Part shown: piece after piece, positions 28,135-38,911 of the stretch | Numbering within the stretch: position 1 is the stretch's first letter | Layout of the letters: every line of letters starts with the position of its first letter | NCBI GenBank assembly: GCA_002104945.1 | Contig: MCFH01000037.1 | Span: forward strand, 310,001 to 374,000 | From: Piromyces finnis finn | Taxonomy: Eukaryota; Fungi; Neocallimastigomycota | Direction: 5' to 3' | DNA: 64,000 bases | Translations under genes and position numbers: made by a program | Notes under the pieces: model-generated | What the model saw: the letters and a program-made list of their open reading frames with translations, nothing else | Told to the model about the DNA's origin: nothing | Database searches by the model: none

Positions 28135-30642
28135 CTAATTTAACATATTATCAATAAGGTAGTAAGTACTACCAATGAAACGAACAAGTGATAATATAGC
28201 AACAGACCAGAAAATAAATGTAAGGAAGATTGGGTTATTTTCAAAGTTCTTTGTATCAATACCGAATTTTTCCATTAATACATTAATGAACTTAACCATA
28301 ACAACAATTAATCCAAGGTTACAAGTAAGCCATAAAAGTACTAAGTTAGTACGGAAGTTCTTCTTGTCATCTTCTTGCTTAGTAGTTTCATCACGTTTTT
28401 GTTTAACAGCCTTTTCCTTCTTCTTAATGTCAACAATTAACTTTTCATAACGTTCATCTAATGAGCTTTGAGTTGGAAGTTCAATAGAAATCTTTTCACC
28501 TGGGTTAATCTTAACAGCACCAGAAGTTGGAGCAATAGTATTATCACCCTTAGTACCCCAAGAGACATCATGAGTATTACAGAAGGCATAAGTCATTAAA
28601 ATATTAACATAAGATGGTAACATAAGTAAATATTGAATAAATGATGTAATCATATGCCATGGTTGTCCGTGAAGAAGTGATCCGATAAAGTAAAGACCAT
28701 AGGTAGATAATAAAGATATAACAATGTTTATGAAAGTTGGATTTTGCATTTTTTTGGCAAAGGATTGATTCTTACTAGCAAGAATTGATCTGTAAACAGT
28801 GTAGAATGCCATTGCAAACATGAATACCATAATGATAGCGAAAAGAATAATACAAGCAATATATAACTTCTTTGAACCTTGTGGTCTATTACCTAAAGAA
28901 CAAATCAAAACACAAAGCATAGCAAATACATAACAGAGTTCTAATGATTCTTTTACATAAGGACCAAATCTACCGAAAATACCACCTTCAGAAGCTGATT
29001 TTTCAGTAAGGAAATGGAAACAAAGATAGAAGTTAGCAATATTAAACCATGAGAAAACTAAATTAACAAGATTATAAATATATTCAATAGTAAGGGCCAA
29101 TTTTCTTAAGCTAGAGTGATTTGTTTGGTATATCTTTGACCAATTGTATGAAGCATAAACAGCAGCAAAGAATGAACCATTTAACCAACGACGACGTTGT
29201 GAAATAAATTCTGGAATATTATCTGGAACATCAGTTTCAGCCTTGGCAGCCTTTACATACTTTAATACCCATTTACAATTCTTCTTAGCAACTAATTCAA
29301 AACATAAAATTCTATCTTCAGCAAGATACATATTACTCTTAAACATATTACATCCTTCATGTAATTTTTCACCCTTAAAGTAAGCGTATAATGGACCCTT
29401 CTTACCTTCAGCAGTATCATAGTTTTGTAAAGCTTTGTAACGATAAGCAGAAAAAGCACCTGGTAATACAGAAATATAACCAAAAACAGATTCAAGTGGC
29501 TTATCTAAAATGTTACTAATCTTATATTCAAAGTTTTGAGCGGCAACTAAAGGACTGACTAAATTCTTGCAGTTTTTACCTAATTGACAGTAAATTTCAC
29601 CACAAGCACCACCAACATTTGGATTTGAGTCAAAGGCTTTCCATAATTGATAGATAGAATTATGAGTAGGTTTGGTACCAACATCAATTAAAACGCAAAC
29701 TTCTGGCTTTAAAATTCTACCAAAAGCGTTAAAGAACCAACGATGACTGTTAATTTTTTTTTGATTCTTTTCCTTGAGACAGAAAATGACTTGAACTGGA
29801 GTATATCCTTTATCTGGACCACATAAGTTCATGTTTTCATCAAAACATGTTTGAACAGTGTATTCAAAAATGTGAGCAGTTACATCCTTACCATTAACTT
29901 GGTTCTTCATAACATCCTTTTGATAAACACCCATAACTTCTAATGAATCTAATACCTTTGGACAAATCTTCTTTCTACCATCAGAAACAATACAGACAAC
30001 AATATTTTGCCATCCTTGTTTAGACCATTTGTGCTTATTTTCACGACACATATATCCAATATTTCTCATTACTGAAGTCATTGAACGAGCAAATAATACT
30101 TCATCTTCATTGTACATAGTTAAAACAATGAAAAGTTCAGTTCTTCTATTCCAAATCTTTTGACGTAAAGTAAAGTTATCTTCCAAAAAAGTATCTGGAT
30201 CCTTACATGTAGCAGCAGTATATCTACAATAACCAAATTCTTCCGACTTTCCATCATAAACACCATTTTTAATAACGTTTTTTGATACTGGACAATTTAC
30301 AACATAATTACCCTTGTATAATTCAACAGAAATTTGAGTTTTCTTTTGTCTTACTTGTTGGGTAGTAGTAGTTGTAACTTTTGAAGTAACTTGTACATTT
30401 GGTGGGAATCCATTATTTGGTCTTTGCATATTTGGATTATATTGATTGATTGGTCTTGGAGAATTCATTGGGTTATTCATTGGACTGTTCATTGGAATAT
30501 TGTTCATTGGTCTAATGTTATTCATATTTCCATTCATTGGTCTTGGACCATTATTCATATTACCATTCATTGGTCTTTGGTTAAATTGACCTGGATTATT
30601 AGCAGGTCTTGGCATATTGAAATTTTGATTCATACCAGACAT
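28135..30642 (-). CDS. CHS: Chitin synthase, division 1 (class I/II-like), GT2, 835 aa
   Basis: TMYNED, DGR, KINSHRW, DVGT, QNFEYKISN, VLPGAFSAYR, LAEDRIL, QRRRW and SWGTKG motifs plus C-terminal TM helices; N/M/P-rich N-terminus. Confidence 0.96.
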   Translation of the reverse strand: MSGMNQNFNMPRPANNPGQFNQRPMNGNMNNGPRPMNGNMNNIRPMNNIPMNSPMNNPMNSPRPINQYNPNMQRPNNGFPPNVQVTSKVTTTTTQQVRQKKTQISVELYKGNYVVNCPVSKNVIKNGVYDGKSEEFGYCRYTAATCKDPDTFLEDNFTLRQKIWNRRTELFIVLTMYNEDEVLFARSMTSVMRNIGYMCRENKHKWSKQGWQNIVVCIVSDGRKKICPKVLDSLEVMGVYQKDVMKNQVNGKDVTAHIFEYTVQTCFDENMNLCGPDKGYTPVQVIFCLKEKNQKKINSHRWFFNAFGRILKPEVCVLIDVGTKPTHNSIYQLWKAFDSNPNVGGACGEIYCQLGKNCKNLVSPLVAAQNFEYKISNILDKPLESVFGYISVLPGAFSAYRYKALQNYDTAEGKKGPLYAYFKGEKLHEGCNMFKSNMYLAEDRILCFELVAKKNCKWVLKYVKAAKAETDVPDNIPEFISQRRRWLNGSFFAAVYASYNWSKIYQTNHSSLRKLALTIEYIYNLVNLVFSWFNIANFYLCFHFLTEKSASEGGIFGRFGPYVKESLELCYVFAMLCVLICSLGNRPQGSKKLYIACIILFAIIMVFMFAMAFYTVYRSILASKNQSFAKKMQNPTFINIVISLLSTYGLYFIGSLLHGQPWHMITSFIQYLLMLPSYVNILMTYAFCNTHDVSWGTKGDNTIAPTSGAVKINPGEKISIELPTQSSLDERYEKLIVDIKKKEKAVKQKRDETTKQEDDKKNFRTNLVLLWLTCNLGLIVVMVKFINVLMEKFGIDTKNFENNPIFLTFIFWSVAILSLVRFIGSTYYLIDNMLN

Positions 30643-31078
30643 TTTTTTATTAATCTAATTATATAGAAAAAATCAATTAATAAATACTTTAAATATATAT
30701 ATAAATAAAGGGAAAAAAAATCAATAATTACCTTTTCTTTTTATGTTATAATTAATTATATTAAGTAAATATTTATATTAATCTAAAGTTTTTATTATAC
30801 TTTGATATTTTTGTTTTTTTTTTTAAAAAATAAAATTAATGATTATTTGTTATTTTTTTTTTTTCTTTTTAGTAATATCTTTTAATTTGAACGTATTTTA
30901 TTTTACAAACAATCTAAAATATATAATTTATTTACAATAAAAGTAATTAATAAATTATTTTTATTTACTTTCAGTTATTATCTTGATTTATTATCTTGAT
31001 AACAATTAATTAATTTTAGTGATTAAAGATTATTTTTTAAAATAACAACAATAATAACAAACTTTTAATTAGATTTAA

Positions 31079-31113
<35 letters not shown>

Positions 31114-32294
31114 ACTCTTTTAAATTAGAATTACTATTTAATTTAATAAAATTTTATTATTTCCTTTTTTCAAATTTTTAAAAGAGTTGCAATTTTTCTT
31201 TTTTTATATTAGAGTTTGTAATTTATTATCATAATTAACAAAAAAAAAAAAAAAAATCAATTGAATTTTGTTTTAATATATTTGAAAAGTAAAAACATTA
31301 CTTTATTATAATATATTATGATTATATTGATTATATATTAAACAACAGGAAAATTCTTTCCTAAAAGTTTAAATAATTGATATGCCAATTACTTTTGAAT
31401 TTAATATAATTAATATATTGGCTTTAATTAAATAATATATTATTAGAAATAATTTTTATATTAATAATATATTTATATCATATTTAAAACGACAAAAAAA
31501 TATATATATTAAATATAATTTTAATATATAATAATTAGTCTTTAAAAAGTTTTGTAATTATAAGAAATAATATATAAAAAAAACAAATAGTTAATTGTCA
31601 TATATTATAAAAATGTATATATAATTTTATATATAATAAATAAAAAAATTTTTATTCTTTTTTTCTAAATAGTTTTAGTGACTTTTACCATAATATTAAT
31701 AGACATTTTAAATCATATAAAAGAAATTTTATTGTATCTTATGATTGTAAATGTAGTAGTAGTAAAATAGAATTTTCCTGCTAATACCATAAAATACAAT
31801 AAAATTCATAACTAAAACTATATATCATTATTCTAAATTGATTAATAAAAATGAAAAAAGAAAAATTAAATAGAAATTATAGATATTTTTTTAAAATAGG
31901 TTATTTTATCTTTATTATTAGAAAATGTACATTTTGGTGAGTTGTATACATTATTTTTAATTAAAAAATAAAAAAAAAATTATAGGACCTTTTTTTACCG
32001 TTTCTCAATATTTTAATATATTTAATATTGTTTTGTATCACCATAAAAAAATTTAAAAAACTATAGTTTTTTTAAAAAAAAATAATTAGCAATTTATATT
32101 AATAACACATAAACTACACACCTTTTTTACATAATAATTAACTCCCCAAGTTCTTTTCACAAATGTGATTCATTCACTTCCTATACATGAATAGTGTTAT
32201 AATATTCATTCTCTATATATAATGTTGTTATTGTTTGTCACTATAATTTAATATAAGAATCCTAAAATATAAATACTTAAATTTAACAGTTAAA

Positions 32295-32366
32295 GTTTGG
32301 CTGGAGCGGCACATCTGTTAAAAAATATTGTAGTTGTTCTAAGGGGAACTCATGAAGAACAGAAAT
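32295..32366 (+). pseudogene. Orphan decayed fragment of LSU (25S/28S) rRNA, domain V P-loop region
   Basis: GTTTGGCTGGAGCGGCACATCTGTTAAA...CTAAGGGGAACTCATGAAGAACAGAAAT aligns without gaps to the fungal 25S sequence as I recall it (GTTTGGCTGGGGCGGCACATCTGTTAAACGATAACGCAGATGTCCTAAGGGGGGCTCATGGAGAACAGAAAT), about 61/72; no other rDNA nearby. Confidence 0.82.
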
Positions 32367-33697
32367 AAGAAAGATAAATTAATGTTGTATTAATAAATAA
32401 AAACTGTTTTTTTTTTTTTTTTTTGAAATATAATAAAATTAATTCATAATAAAAAAGTGAATTCTTACATTAATATATTTATTTATTTATCTACTTATTG
32501 ATTATTTATTCATTCACTTATTTGCTTGTTCTTTTTAGTATATTATTAAAAATATAATAATAATAATTCTTAATTATTAGAAGTTTCTCTGAATCTTATA
32601 TAAAAAAAATGTTTATTAAAAATTCTAACTTTAAACTATTAGCCTCATGACAATAGTTTCATATATACACTTATATATATAATTTGTTTTTAATATTGTG
32701 TTTTATGTGTAAAACGAAAATTCTTATTGTTATGGTTCAACATATCTTAACACAATTGCATTTTTCTAATTCATTTCGTGGTAATATTCTTTCCTAATAA
32801 TAATAAAGTTTTTGAATTAATTGAAGATATTATATTAGTTGAAATATGAAAGAATCTCTATATCCTAACTGGCAATAAGTAAAATTTATAAAAAAAAAAA
32901 AGAGAAAAATCTTTTTGATTTACATTACATTATGTATATAGGTGATATGAGAACTATATATTAAACTATATATATAAAAATTTATACTTGTTATTCAATA
33001 AAAATTTAAACCTCATGCTCAAATTTTCAATTAAAAATATAATTTATTTTTAGTTTAAAAACCAGCCATCTCAATATATATTTTATTAAGTATTTATAAA
33101 CTATTGAGATGGTTAGAATAATCTACATTTTTAAAAATGTAATTCTAAGTTAATATTAAATAATATATAATAAAACATTTTGCACTTTCCATTAACTTTC
33201 TATGGATTTTTTTTTTTTAAAAAAAAAAATATTTAGTACAATATATATTTATTAACTATCAAGGACCAGATACTACAGGAAATGTTTAATGTAAATAAGC
33301 TTCCCCACTTTCCCTTTAATAAATACATATTTATCAAAGACCTTTTTAATGGTGTAAAACTAATAAATCTATTAAAATAATTTTATATTATATATATAAA
33401 ATTAACATATATATTTATAATAAATAGGAGAAAATATGTTCTATTAATTTTAATAGTGTATATGAATTGCTAATGAATTAAAATTTGATAGTAAAATATT
33501 AATTTCTTCTACAATGAAAAAAATTTAAAAAAAATGTATATGTAATGTAAATGAATGATCTAAATAATCTAGTAAATCTCACTTGTTTAAATAATCTAGT
33601 TAGGATTATTTATTATAAAAAAGGGTTTCTTGTAATAGTAAAATTTTATAAAATAATAAAAAAAATGTTTTGAAAATTAGAGAAAAGAGAAATATTG

Positions 33698-33801
33698 AAA
33701 CATAAAGTATTAATAGAAATTAAAGTTTAATTCTTTCTACCAGTATCATAAACATAAAGTATTAATAGAAATTAAAGTTTAATTCTTTCTACCAGTATCA
33801 T
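33698..33801. repeat. Exact 52-bp tandem duplication
   Basis: AAACATAAAGTATTAATAGAAATTAAAGTTTAATTCTTTCTACCAGTATCAT occurs twice, head to tail. Confidence 0.9.
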
Positions 33802-34046
33802 AAGAAGAAATGTATGATCTTCATATTTCATCAAAAAATAATAGTAATAATTAAATACCAATTTAAAAAAGTGATAATAGGTATGAATATAAATAATTTT
33901 ATTCTTCTTTTATTTAATTAAATTCAGTATTTGAGATGCATCAGGAAATAAATTTTAATAAGCTTCAAGCATTTTCATGAAAACTAATTTTTTTATATAA
34001 ACAGTCTTGTAATTTTATATTTTGTATATTTGCTTTCTATATAATA

Positions 34047-34547
34047 GTACATAAGTCTTCTGGTTCGACCCCACAGATGTCAGTGCCCTTGGATTTTCCC
34101 CATTGGGTTTTGCCATGGGTTGAGTTATGATATTCAGGTAAGTATTAATGCACTTTCTAATTTACTACTATGATATTAGCACTCATCTAGCCGGCCTGAG
34201 AGGGTCTAAGTGTACATGGTACATTCCAAATTAGAACTTTAGAAGTGGTGTACGATATTTCCAACTATAATGCTAAGCCTCATAAAGTCAATTGATCCCA
34301 TGTCAACCGCCCCTAATGTTTACACTAAATTGATTAAGGAATGTTGATTATGTATTTGACATAGCCTAAGTCAACGACATGCATCTAATGTACATGGATT
34401 AAGTGAGCGTCGAAGCTGAAGATTCAGTTTGACAAACCAGGAGGGTCACAACCATCTATAAGAAAGAGCCAACGTTTCTCTAAAGAACCACCATTGGGGC
34501 TAATTCTGATTGATGGGAGAAATGCACTCGGAAGTTAAAAAAAAAAA
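34047..34547 (+). mobile_element. SINE-like retroposon, copy 1 (about 500 bp)
   Basis: GC-rich island; pol III B-box GGTTCGACCCC at 34062-34072; A11 tail 34537-34547; 12-bp TSD TTCTATATAATA at 34035-34046 and 34548-34559; second copy at 37924-38448. Confidence 0.82.
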
Positions 34548-34900
34548 TTCTATATAATAAATTCATTATATATTTTTATCAAAATAAACTCGAATAATTA
34601 TACATAATTTATCTAATTTAATATTATTTATTTACTTGTTTAACATCAGATATAGAATATATAAATATTCACAACTATTGGAATAATTTCGACAAAAATA
34701 TTTGGTTCATAATACATAATTAGGTTATTTCAAAGAGCAATTTTTATATTTAAAATTATTTTTTCGTTTATTCTAATTAATAGAATTGTATAATTAATAA
34801 TTGATTATTTCGAATTTATTAAAAAATGTGAATTTTTAAATAGTTAATTTTTAAAGCTTTTTTTTACATTTATTAGGGAAAATACAACTATTTATATTTC

Positions 34901-34934
<34 letters not shown>

Positions 34935-36194
34935 ATATTGAAGTTAAATAGCTCTCATAAAAACTAGGTTCTATTATTATACTGTTAACACTTTTTTCAA
35001 ATAATTATTATATAGGTAAACTTTATACAGTTACCACTATATCGAGTATAGTATTCATATACTTTATTATATTATTGGAATTGAAATAAATACTTTTACC
35101 TATAAAAGACTTGATGTTTTTTAAAAAAATCATAAAATTTTAATCATGGATATATCTTAAAAAAAAAATTACTCATTTATTGTTCAATAAAATGTTACTA
35201 TTTTTATTTATGTTTACATTAAATGAAACACTTGAGTCTATAAGCTTATAATGCATTAATTTATTTCCTAGTTTATTTAAAAATACCGATTATTTATTAA
35301 TTAAATTGAATGTTTAATATAATTAATAAGGATTACTCTCACTATTTATTTTATAATATAATTAAATAAAACAATAATAGTTTTTATTCAATACAATAAT
35401 ATAATATGGCAATAAAGTGTTTTAAAATATTTTTATTAAGTCGAAATGAATTAAATATAAAATTTTATTCATTATAATAAATAATGTATATTTTAATAAA
35501 TTGTATATAAAATTGAAATGACAAATACAAATTGAACAATATAAGAATTGTTATTGTATTTATTTATTAATATAATAATAAAAATTATATAATAATTAAA
35601 AAAAAATATTATTTCAATTTCAGTAAAAATAATTAATCTTATTTATTAATAAACATGAATGTTATTTTTAAAAAAAAGTATAATGAATAAAGAGTTAACA
35701 AAAGGTTACACGATTACATGAATGGAACAAATGATTATATAAATAAAAATATTGTTAAAATTAATTTAAATTTAATTTAGAAAAAATTTTCCATTCAAAG
35801 ACACTGGAAATATATAAATAAATATTTAATATTCCATAAATTAATTGATTATTGTTTAAACTTATTATGAATATTTATAATATTAATTTTTTAAAAAAAT
35901 TTTACGGTTTAAATTAAAAATACTAAAATTTGATTAGCGGCAACTAGATTTGTTTAATTTTTTATTTTCCATTTTTAATTATTTCCGGTGATTATTCATT
36001 TTAAGCAAAATACAATTTAAATGATACAAACTTAATATCCTATTGTTTTTTTTTTTTTTTCAGTAATTTTTAATAAAGTATTTAAAGTCTTTTTTTTCAG
36101 TTTTTTTTTTTTTTATTTATTTATTAATTATAATAAATTCATAACAAAATTATAAAATTTTAATTATTTAAAACAAAAGTATATCTTTTATAAA

Positions 36195-37289
36195 ATGAGA
36201 TTATTAACAATTATTGGTGCTATTAGCATCATTAAGTATGCTGAAGCTGCTTGTGGTGGTATGTTTTCTCAATGCGGAGGGTAAATATTGATTATATAAA
36301 ATTTTTTATAATAAAAAATAAAAAAATTCATTTGTTTTTCTCTTAACTTTTAATATATAAAAAAATATAGAAAGGGTTTCAAAGGTTCTACATGTTGTCA
36401 ATCTGGTTATAAATGTTATAGATATAATGAATGGTACTCTAATTGTGTTCAAATTCCAAATGCTGCTAGCAATGTTAATAAAAATACTAAAAAAACTACA
36501 ACTAAAAAAACCACGAAAAAAACTAGTACTAAGAAAACTTCTACTAAAACTAATAGTAAAAGTACTACCACATTTTCATCTAACAATAATGTTTCATGGC
36601 CAAAGGCTCAAAAATCTGTAAAAGTTGGTTCGCCTATTCTTATCAAAGCTGGTCAAACCTTTGATGGTCTTGCACAAAATAATAATGTTTGGACTAGTTA
36701 TGGAAGAGGGGTTACCGGTCAAGGTGATTGTAAAAATATTGAAGGTGGTAGTAAAGATGCCGTTTTTAGATTAGAAACAGGTGCTACATTAAAGAATGTT
36801 ATTCTTGGTAAAGACTCTATTGAACATGTCCATTGTATTGGTGATGGCTGTACTGTTGAAAATGTTTGGTGGGATGATGTCTGTGAAGATGCCTTATCTT
36901 TATTAGGTTCTTCTAATAAAAATGCCAAATTTTATTTAAGAGGTGGTGGTGCCAAAAATGGATCTGATAAAATTGTTCAACACAACTCTGCTGGTACTGT
37001 TTACATTTCAAATTTCCAAGTTCAAAATTCTGGTAAATTATATAGATCCTGTGGTAATTGTAAAAGTGGCTATCAAGGTCAAAGACATGTTGTCATTGAA
37101 AATGTTAATGCTAATAGTGTTGGTGTTCTTGCTGGTATTAACACTAATTATGGTGATACTGCTATATTCAAGAATGTCAATGCAAATGGTGGCAACGTTT
37201 GTTACACCTTTACTGGTAATAATAATGGTAAAGAACCAACAAAAACCGGTTCTAAGTGTAAAGGTAGTTCCAACTGTACTTGTAATTAA
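36195..37289 (+). CDS. Secreted pectate lyase PL3 with N-terminal CBM1, 2 exons (36195-36280, 36371-37289), 334 aa; true frame absent from the ORF track
   Basis: Signal peptide, CBM1 (QCGGKGFKGSTCCQSGYKC..NEWYSNC) split by a phase-2 intron, K/T-rich linker, PL3 motifs FRLETGATLKNVILG, HVHC, VWWDDVCEDA, GGGA..GSDKIVQHN and GKLYRSCGNC. Confidence 0.92.
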
Positions 37290-37923
37290 GAAAAGAAATA
37301 GGACATCTAAATTATCCTATAAAATAAATTTTTAATTACTTTAAAATTTTTCCATAATAATTAGTAATCCCTATTCCATTTTATTTTTATTTGTATTATG
37401 TAGATAATTATCATTGTAACTTTTACAACATTAAATAAAATTGTTTTTAGCCTATAACATATATTATATTTAATATAAATTTATATTAATATATTTTATT
37501 TTGATTTTTTAAAAAAATGAGTCATATATTTTAAATACAAAAAAAAAAAAAAGTGATATTACCAATCAACCAGTATATTATTTATGTGATAGTTTATTTG
37601 ATTTTTATTTTAAAGAAGAGCAAATATATATTATATATTATATATAGTAGGTAGTACCTATTAATAAAATGTATATATAAAATAAAAAAGAGATTTTCAT
37701 TAAACTCTCTCATATGTCATTAATTATTTTATTAGCGCATTTTATATTTTATAAAAAGTTCCTATACGCTACATTGATAAGATATCATAAACTATTCAAA
37801 AAGTAATACTTCTATAAAACTACAATGATAGAGTTTTAGTACTAAAAAAAAAAAAAAAAAAAAAACCATCAATACTGTTTTAAAAATAAATACATAAATA
37901 CTACTTAAAGAATTTGAATTATC

Positions 37924-38448
37924 TTTTTTTTTTTTTTAACTACCGAGTGCATTTCTCCCATCAATAAATCAGAGTAAGCCTCAATGGTGGTTCTTAGAGA
38001 AACGTTGGCTCTTTCCTATTGCTAGGTAGGTGTGACCCTCCTGGTTTGTCATACTGAATCTTTAGTTTCGACATTTACTTAATCCATGTACATTAGATGC
38101 ATGTTGTTGTACGATATTTCCAATTATAATGCTAAGCCTCATATAGTCAATTGATCACTTGTCAACCGCCCCCGAATGTTTACATGTTTAAACTTAAATT
38201 GATTAAGGAATAATGACTGTGTATTTTGGCAGACTAAGTCGCCACTTATAATGTTCTAATATGAAATATACCATTTACACTTAGACCCTCTCAGGCCGGC
38301 TAGACAGGTGTTATTATCATAGTAGTAAATTAGAAAGTTCATTAATATATATCCTGAATATCATAATCCAACCCATGGCAAAACCCAATGGGGAAAATCC
38401 ACAGGCACTGACATCTACGGGGTCGAACCAGAAGTCTTATATGTATAC
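37924..38448 (-). mobile_element. SINE-like retroposon, copy 2 (inverted relative to copy 1; internal segment 38108-38241 flipped)
   Basis: Roughly 85% identity (by eye) to copy 1, B-box (GGGGTCGAACC on +), poly-T 37924-37937 on +; TSD only approximate. Confidence 0.8.
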
Positions 38449-38911
38449 TAAGGAAATTTAAATTATTATCTTTGTTAAAATGATTATTATAATATGATCA
38501 TTTATCTCTAACTTCATTATTACTATTTTATTTGGAATAATTATTCACATGAATTATTCGCTGGATTATTATTATTATTAAGACTATCATTAATTATAAT
38601 CATCTTAATTAGCATAATCAAAAAGAATAAAAACATTTAAGATTTTCATTATTTTTAATTTTTTTAATTTTTATTTATCATCTTTATATATAATTTAATA
38701 TATTGGTATTTTTTTATTTTACATTTTTTATAATATTTATTTCATTTATTTTTTTCTTTTTTTTTAACTAATTAATTTTAACTTCATTTTTTTTCTTTAA
38801 TATACAGTTGTTTATTATTTATTTATTATTAGCATATAATAATATAATAATATAAATAAAAAATATTTAACTTTTTTTTAACTTATTAAATTATAGTGGT
38901 AAATTGATTGC

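Noticed and set aside
32620-32880. LRR-like peptide scraps (HDNSF, FSNSFRGNILS, KNLYILTGNK)
   Set aside because: Multiple stops and frameshifts; too short to separate from chance
33066-33112. 11-bp inverted repeat CCATCTCAATA/TATTGAGATGG as a Helitron 3' end
   Set aside because: No CTRR terminus at the expected distance and no second copy in the window
34188-34205. TAGCCGGCCTGAGAGGGT matches a bacterial 16S rRNA helix-12 sequence as I recall it
   Set aside because: The match does not extend on either side; better explained as part of the SINE body
34395-34445. Hammerhead-like CTGAAGA in SINE segment C
   Set aside because: Copy 2 has CTAAAGA, and no properly placed GAAA and stems
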